Shown piece by piece: positions 1-7,662 of a stretch of DNA of 31,204 nt. A program made the position numbers and the translations under genes. The DNA is from an uncultured Bacilli bacterium. GTDB lineage: Bacteria > Bacillota_I > Bacilli_A > RF39 > UBA660. Location: NCBI GenBank assembly GCA_944329505.1, contig CALVIJ010000001.1:1-31204 (forward strand), read 5' to 3'. A model generated the notes under the pieces. It was not told the origin of the DNA. It saw only the letters and a list, made by a program, of their open reading frames with translations, and did not search any database. Every line of letters starts with the position of its first letter. Position 1 is the stretch's first letter.

Positions 1-1
1 T

Positions 2-145
2 GGTCCTACCGGAGCGACTGGTGCTACTGGTGCAACTGGTGCAACTGGCGCGACTGGTGCTACTGGAGCTACGGGTCCTACCGGTCCTCAAGGTCCTACT
101 GGTGCTACCGGAGCAACTGGTGCGACTGGTCCAGCTGGAACACCT
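2..145 (+). repeat. Gly-X-Y (mostly Gly-Ala-Thr/Gly-Pro-Thr) collagen triplet repeat, 16 triplets visible
   Basis: 9-bp periodic GGN-GCN-ACN repeats are directly visible. Confidence 0.95.
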
Positions 146-592
146 GCAGAAAACTTTAACAGTTATGCAATGGTACATGACGAAACTGATTCAGCCATTC
201 CTGCAGGAAACCCTGTAATGTTCCAAACGACAAACATTTCAAATAAAATAACTTATGATTCAAACACTGGTGACTTCATGATTCCAGAAGAAGGTATTTA
301 TATAGTACACTGGTGGATTAATGTAAGACACAATGATAATCAAAATTCAAACTGTGAACCAAAAACCATCGGTATTGAATTCCACCAATATTGGCCAAGT
401 GATGTTTTAATTGCTCACTCTTCTACTCATAACAAATTAACTTGTTGCGACACTGGAACTGTAAGTGGTAATGCTATCTTTGTTGCCTTACCAGGAGCTA
501 GCTACCGCTTCATTAATACTTCTGACATAGATATTAAATTAGTACCAAATGATTTATATTCAGGTTCTGTATCAATTACTAGAATATTATAA
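2..592 (+). CDS. Collagen-like (BclA/BclB-type) surface protein, 5'-truncated by the window edge
   Basis: The frame starting at nt 2 reads [12 protein letters not shown]...GPQGPTGAT...GPAGTP and continues in frame into ORF 170..592. That C-terminal domain ([26 protein letters not shown]) resembles BclA-C/C1q-like domains. Confidence 0.8.
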   Translation, partial: GPTGATGATGATGATGATGATGATGPTGPQGPTGATGATGATGPAGTPAENFNSYAMVHDETDSAIPAGNPVMFQTTNISNKITYDSNTGDFMIPEEGIYIVHWWINVRHNDNQNSNCEPKTIGIEFHQYWPSDVLIAHSSTHNKLTCCDTGTVSGNAIFVALPGASYRFINTSDIDIKLVPNDLYSGSVSITRIL

Positions 593-604
593 TCACTAAC
601 ACTT

Positions 605-637
605 AAGTAGTATGTACAACAAATACATACTACTTTT
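605..637 (+). terminator. Intrinsic terminator after collagen-like gene
   Basis: Perfect 12-bp stem AAGTAGTATGTA / TACATACTACTT with a 7-nt loop, ending in a T run. Confidence 0.8.
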
Positions 638-725
638 AGTATAGTAAAAGTAAAATATAATATTTTCTAATTTTTTTTCAATCTCAACAATTTAAAAAAT
701 GATATAATTATAATGGAGGTAAAAT

Positions 726-1754
726 ATGAAAGCTGCAATAATTGAAGATATAAAAAAATTTAAAATAACCGATGTTGAAAAACCAACACCAGATAATGAA
801 AGAGTTATAATTGATGTTTTAAAAACCGGAATATGCGGTTCAGACATCCATAATTGGGACGCAGGACAGCCAAAAGGTCTAATCATGGGTCACGAATTTA
901 CAGGAAAAGTAGTTCATCCTGGAAGTAGAATTGATTTAAAAATTGGAGATAGAGTGACCGCTTTACCAATTTCACCATGTGGACATTGTGAAGCTTGTGA
1001 AACAGGAAATCCACAATATTGTCCAGAAACTTGGACTCATGCGGTAGGATTAGATCTTGATAACCCAGGTGGTTTAACATCTACAATATCTGTAAGACCT
1101 GACATGGTTATAAAATTGCCAGATAATATATCAGATGAAGAGGGAGCAATGGTAGAACCAACAGCCGTTGGTCTTCACGCCGTTCACTTAGCTGACATTA
1201 GAGTTGGCGACAAAGTTTTAGTAGTTGGTGGCGGCATAATTGGTTTAGTATCAGCTATGTTTGCCAAACTAGAGGGAGCTGAATTTGTTGCTATCAGTGA
1301 AACAAATCCTGCAAGAGGTGAAAAATCAGTTAAATTAGGTGTAGCTGATGAATGGTTTGATGCCAAAGATGAAAACTTCTTAACTAACATTTTAACAAAA
1401 GTTCCTGGTGGATTCGATGTTGTTATCGATTGCTCTGGAAATACTAAAGCTGTTGAAAGTGAACTTATGACCGCCAAAGCTGGAGGTACTATAGTTTTAG
1501 CTGGAGTTTCACAAAAACCTATTGAATTCGCGTCAGTAATTGCTGTTATGAAAGAATTAACCATTATAGGTTCAATTGCTTATACAAAAGAAGAATTTAA
1601 AAATTGTATCAGTTTAATAGCTAATAAAAAAATAGATGTCATGAAATTTGTCGATGACATTGTTCCACTAACTGATGTTCAAAAAGCTTATGAAAGATTA
1701 ACTAGTGGTACTGATGATGCTGTAAAAATCATGGTTGAACCAAATAAATATTAA
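726..1754 (+). CDS. Zn-dependent medium-chain alcohol/polyol dehydrogenase (sorbitol/butanediol/threonine dehydrogenase-like)
   Basis: CGSD and GHE catalytic-Zn motifs, CGHCEAC...C structural Zn site, GGGIIG Rossmann motif; SD GGAGGT upstream. Confidence 0.9.
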   Translation: MKAAIIEDIKKFKITDVEKPTPDNERVIIDVLKTGICGSDIHNWDAGQPKGLIMGHEFTGKVVHPGSRIDLKIGDRVTALPISPCGHCEACETGNPQYCPETWTHAVGLDLDNPGGLTSTISVRPDMVIKLPDNISDEEGAMVEPTAVGLHAVHLADIRVGDKVLVVGGGIIGLVSAMFAKLEGAEFVAISETNPARGEKSVKLGVADEWFDAKDENFLTNILTKVPGGFDVVIDCSGNTKAVESELMTAKAGGTIVLAGVSQKPIEFASVIAVMKELTIIGSIAYTKEEFKNCISLIANKKIDVMKFVDDIVPLTDVQKAYERLTSGTDDAVKIMVEPNKY

Positions 1755-1780
1755 AAAAATGGATTTCAAAATCCATTTTT
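1755..1780. terminator. Bidirectional intrinsic terminator
   Basis: AAAAATGGATT-tcaa-AATCCATTTTT between convergent genes. Confidence 0.8.
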
Positions 1781-2234
1781 ATTTTGTCTTCTCGTTTACA
1801 TCATAAATTGTTTCATGTTCAAAACCTTTGTCAATATCAATTCTGTTAGAGTAAATCCACATACATATATCACTAGGTAAACAAGTTAAAGGTAAATTAC
1901 TATTTTTCATTATATCCTTTAAATAACTATCAGTACCTACTCTATCAAAATATTCTCCGTTAGAAGTCCAAAGTGTAATACTGTTATCTTGCTCTGGAAA
2001 AACTTTCACAATATAATTAGTAAAAACTTTTTTAAATTTATCTAATTGCTTATCAGAAACTACAATAATTCCTTTACCCATTTGAAAACTAATTTGATTT
2101 TCTTCTGCATTTTTAATTGCATCTGCCCAATATTCAGCCGCTGTTTCTATAACTTCATCCTTTGTAGAGTCTTTCTTATTATTCATTTCAAATATTCCTA
2201 ATCCTTTTTTATTTTCTACTTTTCCTAATTTCAT
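1779..2234 (-). CDS. Hypothetical protein (151 aa), no family recognised
   Basis: Open ORF with SD AAGGGGG and its own consensus promoter. Confidence 0.75.
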   Translation of the reverse strand: MKLGKVENKKGLGIFEMNNKKDSTKDEVIETAAEYWADAIKNAEENQISFQMGKGIIVVSDKQLDKFKKVFTNYIVKVFPEQDNSITLWTSNGEYFDRVGTDSYLKDIMKNSNLPLTCLPSDICMWIYSNRIDIDKGFEHETIYDVNEKTK

Positions 2235-2261
2235 AATAATTCCCCCTTAAATACGTGAGAT

Positions 2262-2289
2262 ATTATACAGCATAACTAAATTTTGTCAA
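2262..2289 (-). promoter_or_regulatory. SigA-type promoter for the 151-aa orphan
   Basis: TTGACA-16 nt-TATAAT; both hexamers are perfect consensus. Confidence 0.75.
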
Positions 2290-2290
2290 A

Positions 2291-3442
2291 TCAAACCTTT
2301 TCTATTAATTTTTCAAAATTATTATTTACAAAATCATTATCGTTCATAACTTTTTCCACATACTTATTAAAATTTTCCTTATTAATTTCAGCGTTTTTAA
2401 CAACTTTTCCATAGTTAGGATACTTTTCCACAATATTATTTCTATTTACAAGATAAGATGAACCACTAAAATTATAAGTAATACTATCTAAGTTATCAAT
2501 TAAACTAAAAAGAGAAACACTATTATATATCAAAGCTTTATTAACATATAAATCATTGTTATAATACCAATCAGTCATCTGATAATCAATTACTAAATTA
2601 TTATCATCTAATTCAAACACATAGCCATAATTAGAAAGTGGTAAAGCATTAATTAAATTGCCAGTATTACTATTGTCACCTACATACTTACTTTTATATT
2701 TTATCATATTATCAATCCCACTAATACTTCTATTAAAAGGACTCATAGGTACTGTGGAAAAATTATACTCCTTTGAATTATCCACAATATAATATTCATT
2801 AGGTGTATCATGATTTATTCTAAAAACATTATAAAATAAAGTCTCGTATTCTATTATTCCATCGCTAATATAAGTAACAGTTAATCTAAACCTCGGAACA
2901 CTTTTATTTTCCACAACATTCAAATAATCAAAAAATAATAAAAGCCCTAAACATAAAAAAGTAACTCCCAAAGTTAAGATCCATTGCCAAATGATTTTAA
3001 AGTTCTTTAAACATCTATTAAAACCAAATATAAACATTGATAATCCAACCGCACTATAAATAGCACCCCAGCTACTTTCAGGTGAAGTAACAATCAAAGC
3101 AGAAATAATTACAAAAAGTCCAAAAAACATAAATAATAGATATATATTCTTAGAGAGGTTATTTTTAATAACACTAAAATAATCAGTAATATTTTCAATA
3201 TTCTTATCAGCCACATTTTTATAATCATCTTTAATTTCTTCACCACTTAAAAGTTCATTAAGTGTAATACCTAAAGTCTCACTCAAAGGTTTAAGTAAAG
3301 ATAAATCTGGCATATAATTTCCATTTTCCCATCTCGATACCGTCTTATTAGTCACACCCAATATATTCGCAAGCTCTTCCTGTGTCATATTTTTTTCTTT
3401 TCGTTTCTTAGAAATAAATTTTCCAATCTTTAAAGTATCCAA
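2291..3442 (-). CDS. XRE-family HTH regulator fused to 3 TM helices and a C-terminal DUF4825-like domain
   Basis: N-terminal KIGKFISKKRKEKNMTQEELANILGVTNKTVSRWENG (Cro/CI HTH); hydrophobic segments; C-terminal KYKSKYVGDNSNTGNLINALP...NSVSLFSLIDNLDSITYNF typical of DUF4825. Start moved to TTG 3442 (SD GAGGTG). Confidence 0.8.
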   Translation of the reverse strand: MDTLKIGKFISKKRKEKNMTQEELANILGVTNKTVSRWENGNYMPDLSLLKPLSETLGITLNELLSGEEIKDDYKNVADKNIENITDYFSVIKNNLSKNIYLLFMFFGLFVIISALIVTSPESSWGAIYSAVGLSMFIFGFNRCLKNFKIIWQWILTLGVTFLCLGLLLFFDYLNVVENKSVPRFRLTVTYISDGIIEYETLFYNVFRINHDTPNEYYIVDNSKEYNFSTVPMSPFNRSISGIDNMIKYKSKYVGDNSNTGNLINALPLSNYGYVFELDDNNLVIDYQMTDWYYNNDLYVNKALIYNSVSLFSLIDNLDSITYNFSGSSYLVNRNNIVEKYPNYGKVVKNAEINKENFNKYVEKVMNDNDFVNNNFEKLIEKV

Positions 3443-3683
3443 ACTTCTCACCTCAAAAAAAGGATATCAAAATTCATAAAATTTTAATACCCCATAAATA
3501 GCGAATTACTTAAAATAAAACTACATATTTTTACATTTTATTACCTTATAAATCAAAATACCGTATTTTTTTCAAAAATATAAAGTAAATGTTAAGAAAA
3601 AATTGAATTTATTTTAAAATACCAAAAAGTAATATTTTAGAAAAATTACAGATAAAAACGCAAAAATGTAAATCAAGTGTAAA

Positions 3684-4562
3684 TTATTTTTTTCTAATTT
3701 TAATCTCATCATCTTCTTTTAAATATCCCACTAATAAAGATGAATTATCATCATGATTTTTCACATTCTCTAATACTTTTTTTTCATCATAATTCGCATA
3801 ACAATACTTACAAAAGTGTTTGCACGAATTATAAACCCCGATATCTACCATCTCCACACATCCGCAATCACGAGCTTTCCACTTAGGAAACTTCTTACCA
3901 GTTAAATTATAAGCAAGCTCCTTAGATAAACATGGACTAGATATAAAACCATAACTAGATAAATCATTTTTTTCATAGCACGTTTGAACAGTCATTCCAT
4001 TTTCTTTAGCTATCTTACTAAAGTTTTCCCCAATATTTTTTAAAACATCATCATCTATTTTATGTAGCTTTAAAACATTCATATTATTCCTAACATTCTT
4101 ATAATCATCTACAAGAGACACAATAATATGTTTTAAATAACCATTGAGTTTAGTACATAAACTTTCAAACGATTTAATATGATAACTAACATCATACCTA
4201 TCATTAATCAAAATAGGATCATATCTCACATATAAATTATCCACACCAACAATCTCAGATAACCTTTTTATTGTCTCAACTATCTTACCCTTAGGTATAA
4301 CATTAGGTTCGATATCCTTACCATACGGAGTCAAAGTCACATGAAAAATAATCGGTTTTTTTATTTTATCTAAATCATCTAAAATGGGTAGAGGATTTTT
4401 AGTACAAAACACAATCAAATCCACGTCATCAAAATATATTCTACTAACTAGCTTAGGATAAAAAGGATTACGCACATCCACATAACCCTCGTTATATCTA
4501 TTCATAAACCATTTGCTGTAAAAAGCAACAATATCTGTTCTACCACTCACATTTAATATCAT
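3684..4562 (-). CDS. DUF1848-family protein
   Basis: Family-typical start MILNVSGRTDIVAFYSKWF..GYVDVRNPF, FCTKNP, RYDPI, and C-terminal DIGVYNSCKHFCKYCYAN (CxxxCxxC). Confidence 0.85.
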   Translation of the reverse strand: MILNVSGRTDIVAFYSKWFMNRYNEGYVDVRNPFYPKLVSRIYFDDVDLIVFCTKNPLPILDDLDKIKKPIIFHVTLTPYGKDIEPNVIPKGKIVETIKRLSEIVGVDNLYVRYDPILINDRYDVSYHIKSFESLCTKLNGYLKHIIVSLVDDYKNVRNNMNVLKLHKIDDDVLKNIGENFSKIAKENGMTVQTCYEKNDLSSYGFISSPCLSKELAYNLTGKKFPKWKARDCGCVEMVDIGVYNSCKHFCKYCYANYDEKKVLENVKNHDDNSSLLVGYLKEDDEIKIRKK

Positions 4563-4568
4563 AATAAA

Positions 4569-4577
4569 ATTATACCA
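4569..4577 (-). promoter_or_regulatory. Extended -10 promoter (TGgTATAAT) placing +1 at or near the DUF1848 ATG
   Basis: TG-g-TATAAT-tttatt-ATG with no SD upstream of the ATG. Confidence 0.55.
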
Positions 4578-4600
4578 AAAAATTGGGAATTAACCCAATT
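4577..4600 (-). terminator. Intrinsic terminator overlapping the cupin stop codon
   Basis: AATTGGG-ttaatt-CCCAATT followed by TTTT. Confidence 0.6.
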
Positions 4601-5018
4601 TATTATATTCTTCATCACTTACTTCTTCACACCACTCATTAGAAGTATCCTCACCAGGAACCTCAATAGCAATATGACTAAACCAAGAATCTTTTTTTGC
4701 TCCATGCCAATGCTTAACATTGGCTGGAATTGTAATAACTTTACCAGGCTCTAAACTAACAGCATCCTTTCCTTCTTCTTGATACCATCCATATCCTGCA
4801 ATACATATTAATAACTGTCCACCACCTTTAGATGCATGATGAATGTGCCAATTATTTCTACAACCTGGTTCAAAAGTAACATTTGCTAAAAATAAACATG
4901 TCTCTTTTGGATCAGTAAGTGGATTTAAATAACTTTGCCCAATAAAATACTCAGCAAAAGCATCATTAGGTTTACCTAATCCAAAAACATTTGCTTTTTC
5001 AAATTCTTCTTTATTCAT
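4590..5018 (-). CDS. Cupin-domain protein (CMD-associated type)
   Basis: NVTFEPGCRNNWHIH...GGQLL...GWYQEEG...PANVKHWHGA...FSHIAI cupin His motifs. Confidence 0.9.
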   Translation of the reverse strand: MNKEEFEKANVFGLGKPNDAFAEYFIGQSYLNPLTDPKETCLFLANVTFEPGCRNNWHIHHASKGGGQLLICIAGYGWYQEEGKDAVSLEPGKVITIPANVKHWHGAKKDSWFSHIAIEVPGEDTSNEWCEEVSDEEYNKLG

Positions 5019-5037
5019 ATTAATCCCTCCAACATAT

Positions 5038-5068
5038 ATTTTAATACATAGAGTTAATTTCAGGTCAA
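5038..5068 (-). promoter_or_regulatory. MerR-type promoter (19-bp spacer) for the cupin gene
   Basis: TTGACC-19 nt-TAAAAT with a degenerate dyad, alignable to the merR promoter at 7247-7277. Confidence 0.7.
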
Positions 5069-5079
5069 TAATTTCATAA

Positions 5080-5985
5080 TTATTTTATGAACATTTCATG
5101 ATAATAATCATTTAATTCATAATCATATGTCTGAGGATTTTTATTTAATGAATCGCCTTCAAAATAATATCTTTCAAACCTCACAGTATCATCACCAAAA
5201 GGTTTCATAACGCAAAATCCAGGAGCAATAAGTGTTTCATCATCAACTTTATTACCACGTTTTTCATTACTTAACATAGGAATTTTAATATACTTGTCTT
5301 CAAATTGAGCTTTATGAGAGTGTCCAGATAAAATAAAACTATATTGAAGTTTATCATAAACCATCCAACTATAACTCACATCATGTTGCAACAAAAGATT
5401 ATGTCCATTAAAAGTAATAAATGCTTGATTATAACCCAAAGGTATTATTTTCTTTTCTTTAGCTAATTCTCCTAAAATATCAACATTTTTGTCTAAATAC
5501 CAAACATCATGATTACCCGCTAATAACAATTGAGTTACAGATGAATTAGTAGGATAATGTTCTAATAAATAAGCTGCTTCCTTCCTAGCATCATCATGAT
5601 TTCTAAAACTAGTTTGACTACCATTCACAGTTATTGAACCATCACCAATATCACCACAATGTATTAAACCATTTATTTTATTTTGTTCACAAAACTGTAG
5701 CACATAATTTAAATAATCGAGTGCTTGATTTGAATTAGTACTCGATATATGAGTATCAGAAATAAGCATTATATTTTCATTTGTAATATCACAAATACGA
5801 CAATTCTCAGTATACATTTGTTTTAACATCAAAGTTTTATCATCATACTTATTTATTCTTGACAATTTATCCAAAATAATATCAAGCAAAATATATTTAT
5901 GTTTTATATTAAATTGTAAACGTACTTTCTCAAAATTTTTACATTCTACTAATGCATTAATTAATTCTTCTTCACTGTATTCCAT
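5080..5985 (-). CDS. Calcineurin-like metallophosphoesterase with ~70-aa N-terminal extension
   Basis: Motifs LISDTH, HCGDIGDG, LAGNHD, QH and SGHSH appear in canonical order. Confidence 0.85.
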   Translation of the reverse strand: MEYSEEELINALVECKNFEKVRLQFNIKHKYILLDIILDKLSRINKYDDKTLMLKQMYTENCRICDITNENIMLISDTHISSTNSNQALDYLNYVLQFCEQNKINGLIHCGDIGDGSITVNGSQTSFRNHDDARKEAAYLLEHYPTNSSVTQLLLAGNHDVWYLDKNVDILGELAKEKKIIPLGYNQAFITFNGHNLLLQHDVSYSWMVYDKLQYSFILSGHSHKAQFEDKYIKIPMLSNEKRGNKVDDETLIAPGFCVMKPFGDDTVRFERYYFEGDSLNKNPQTYDYELNDYYHEMFIK

Positions 5986-6007
5986 ATTATTCCTCCAATT
6001 ACGTGAT

Positions 6008-6036
6008 ATTCTATATTAAATCTATTTAAAAATCAA
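6008..6036 (-). promoter_or_regulatory. SigA-type promoter for the metallophosphoesterase
   Basis: TTGATT-17 nt-TAGAAT, followed by a 22-nt leader with SD GGAGG. Confidence 0.6.
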
Positions 6037-6046
6037 ATTTACATAT

Positions 6047-6077
6047 AAAAAGATATATAACCAACAAATTATATATC
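6047..6077 (-). terminator. Terminator of the merR-flavodoxin-CMD operon
   Basis: 9-bp stem GATATATAA / TTATATATC with an 8-nt loop, then TTTTT on the minus strand. Confidence 0.65.
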
Positions 6078-6401
6078 CTATTCATCTTTATAAACTTCTT
6101 TAGCCATTCTAAGTGCTGCCCAAGCATTTGGCCAGCCAGCATAAAAAGCCGCATGTGTCAAAATCTCAGCCATTTCATCTTTAGTAATACCATTATTCTT
6201 CGCATTAATTAAATGACTTTGAAAACTAGAATCTAAAATTCCTTTACTCATTAAAGCCACTACTGTTACAAGTGAACGGTCTCTTAAAGAAAGTTTATCC
6301 TCTCTTGACCATACCTCACCAAATAAAACATCATCATTTAGTTCAGCAAACTTTGGAGCAAAATCTCCTAAATTATCTCTACCTGCTGTTTGTTTAACCA
6401 T
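6078..6401 (-). CDS. Carboxymuconolactone decarboxylase (CMD/AhpD-like) family protein
   Basis: QTAGRDNLGDFAPKFAELNDDVLFGEVWSR...LSLRDRSLVT...HAAFYAGWPNA; coupled to flavodoxin via TAATG. Confidence 0.9.
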   Translation of the reverse strand: MVKQTAGRDNLGDFAPKFAELNDDVLFGEVWSREDKLSLRDRSLVTVVALMSKGILDSSFQSHLINAKNNGITKDEMAEILTHAAFYAGWPNAWAALRMAKEVYKDE

Positions 6402-6868
6402 TATTTACCAATCCTTTCTAAAAAACTAACAAACTTATCTTCTTCTAAAAGCTCATCATTATTATATTTTAAACTAAACTCATTTTCTACCTTTGCACCA
6501 CTTACTCTTTCAATATCCTCAAAAGTATGACCTAACCAACCACCATTAGTTGCAATTGGTATAATTGTTTTCTCTTTCAAATCATACTTATGTAAAAAAG
6601 TATTAACTGGTGAAGCAAAAGTATACCACCAAACTGGTGTCATCAATATTATTGTGTCATATTTATCTAAATCAACATTCAAATCTTGTAATTCTGGTTG
6701 ATAGTTCATATTAACTTCTTCTTGAGCATCATTAACAACCTTATCATAATCATCACTATAAGGAGTAACTGGTTTGATTTCACAAATATCATAACCATAT
6801 TTTTCCTTAATTCGATAAGCTAAAGCTCTTGTATTTCCCGTATAAGAATAATAACAAATTAATTTCAT
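6401..6868 (-). CDS. Flavodoxin (Flavodoxin_4-like)
   Basis: YYSYTGNT FMN-binding motif, TPVWWYT, ATNGG; TAATG coupling to merR. Confidence 0.9.
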   Translation of the reverse strand: MKLICYYSYTGNTRALAYRIKEKYGYDICEIKPVTPYSDDYDKVVNDAQEEVNMNYQPELQDLNVDLDKYDTIILMTPVWWYTFASPVNTFLHKYDLKEKTIIPIATNGGWLGHTFEDIERVSGAKVENEFSLKYNNDELLEEDKFVSFLERIGK

Positions 6869-7224
6869 TATTTATCACCTTTCCTTTTCTCATACAAATC
6901 AATCTTATAATTTAAATAATCCAAAGTTTCCTTTTTTTCCTTAATTTCACTTTCTAAAATTTCTCTTTGTTTTTTAAGCATATCTATCCTTACATCTAAA
7001 GTATCATCACCTTTCTCATAATACTTTAAAAATAAACCAATATCTTTTAAAGAAAGTCCAGCCGATTTCATACATAAGATAAATTTTAAATTTTTAATAT
7101 CTTCTTCACTATATTCACGTTTACCATTAATTTTGCTAACTTTTTTAATTAAACCTAACTTTTCATAATACCTTAAAGTATCAATTGATAAATCAAGTTC
7201 CTTAGCTACTTCACCAATACTCAA
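6868..7224 (-). CDS. MerR-family transcriptional regulator (AdhR/NmlR-like, short effector domain)
   Basis: SIGEVAKELDLSIDTLRYYEKLGLI HTH, R.YS, CMKSAGLSL, coiled coil; TTG start. Confidence 0.9.
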   Translation of the reverse strand: MSIGEVAKELDLSIDTLRYYEKLGLIKKVSKINGKREYSEEDIKNLKFILCMKSAGLSLKDIGLFLKYYEKGDDTLDVRIDMLKKQREILESEIKEKKETLDYLNYKIDLYEKRKGDK

Positions 7225-7246
7225 TCAAATCACCATCCTAAAATAT

Positions 7247-7277
7247 ATTATATATCCTAGAGTTTGCTCTAGGTCAA
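7247..7277 (-). promoter_or_regulatory. MerR-type promoter/operator
   Basis: TTGACC-19 nt-TATAAT with a perfect dyad CCTAGAG-N4-CTCTAGG (7256-7273) overlapping the -35 and spacer. Confidence 0.85.
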
Positions 7278-7310
7278 GGCAAAATAAAAAGAAATATCAA
7301 AATAATATTT

Positions 7311-7604
7311 CTAATCACCAAACATATCGAAAATCTCTCCAAAAATAGATTCTTTTTTTCTTCTAGTATGTTTTCCATTTTTTGAATACTTCATATCTTT
7401 ATCGTATTTATCATACTTATCATACTTTTCACGTTCATCATAATCATTATAATTAGAACGTAAACTCTCATTTTCTTTTTCTACTAATTTTTCTAATTCT
7501 CCTCTATCAAGCCAAATTCCACGGCATTCAGGACAGTAATCAATTTCGATACCTTTCTTTTCACTCATAAGTAAAGTCACATCTTTACAAACAGGACATT
7601 TCAT
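7311..7604 (-). CDS. zf-TFIIB-type Zn-ribbon protein
   Basis: MKCPVC...GIEIDYCPECRGIWLDRGELEKL; C-terminal KKESIFGEIFDMFGD typical of the family. Confidence 0.85.
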   Translation of the reverse strand: MKCPVCKDVTLLMSEKKGIEIDYCPECRGIWLDRGELEKLVEKENESLRSNYNDYDEREKYDKYDKYDKDMKYSKNGKHTRRKKESIFGEIFDMFGD

Positions 7605-7662
7605 ATAATTCCTCCAATCTATATTTAATATATCATATTTTTGTGATAATTAGTTGAAAAAT

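Noticed and set aside
21-218. 65-aa ORF rich in L/V/Q
   Set aside because: Alternative-frame shadow of the collagen triplet repeat.
692-1564. Minus-strand ORFs 692-886, 898-1080 and 1184-1564
   Set aside because: Antisense shadows of the dehydrogenase, with no SD or family motifs.
617-6068. Shared loop CAACAAA in the terminators at 605-637 and 6047-6077
   Set aside because: The stems are unrelated, and a 7-nt A/C-rich match is plausible by chance.
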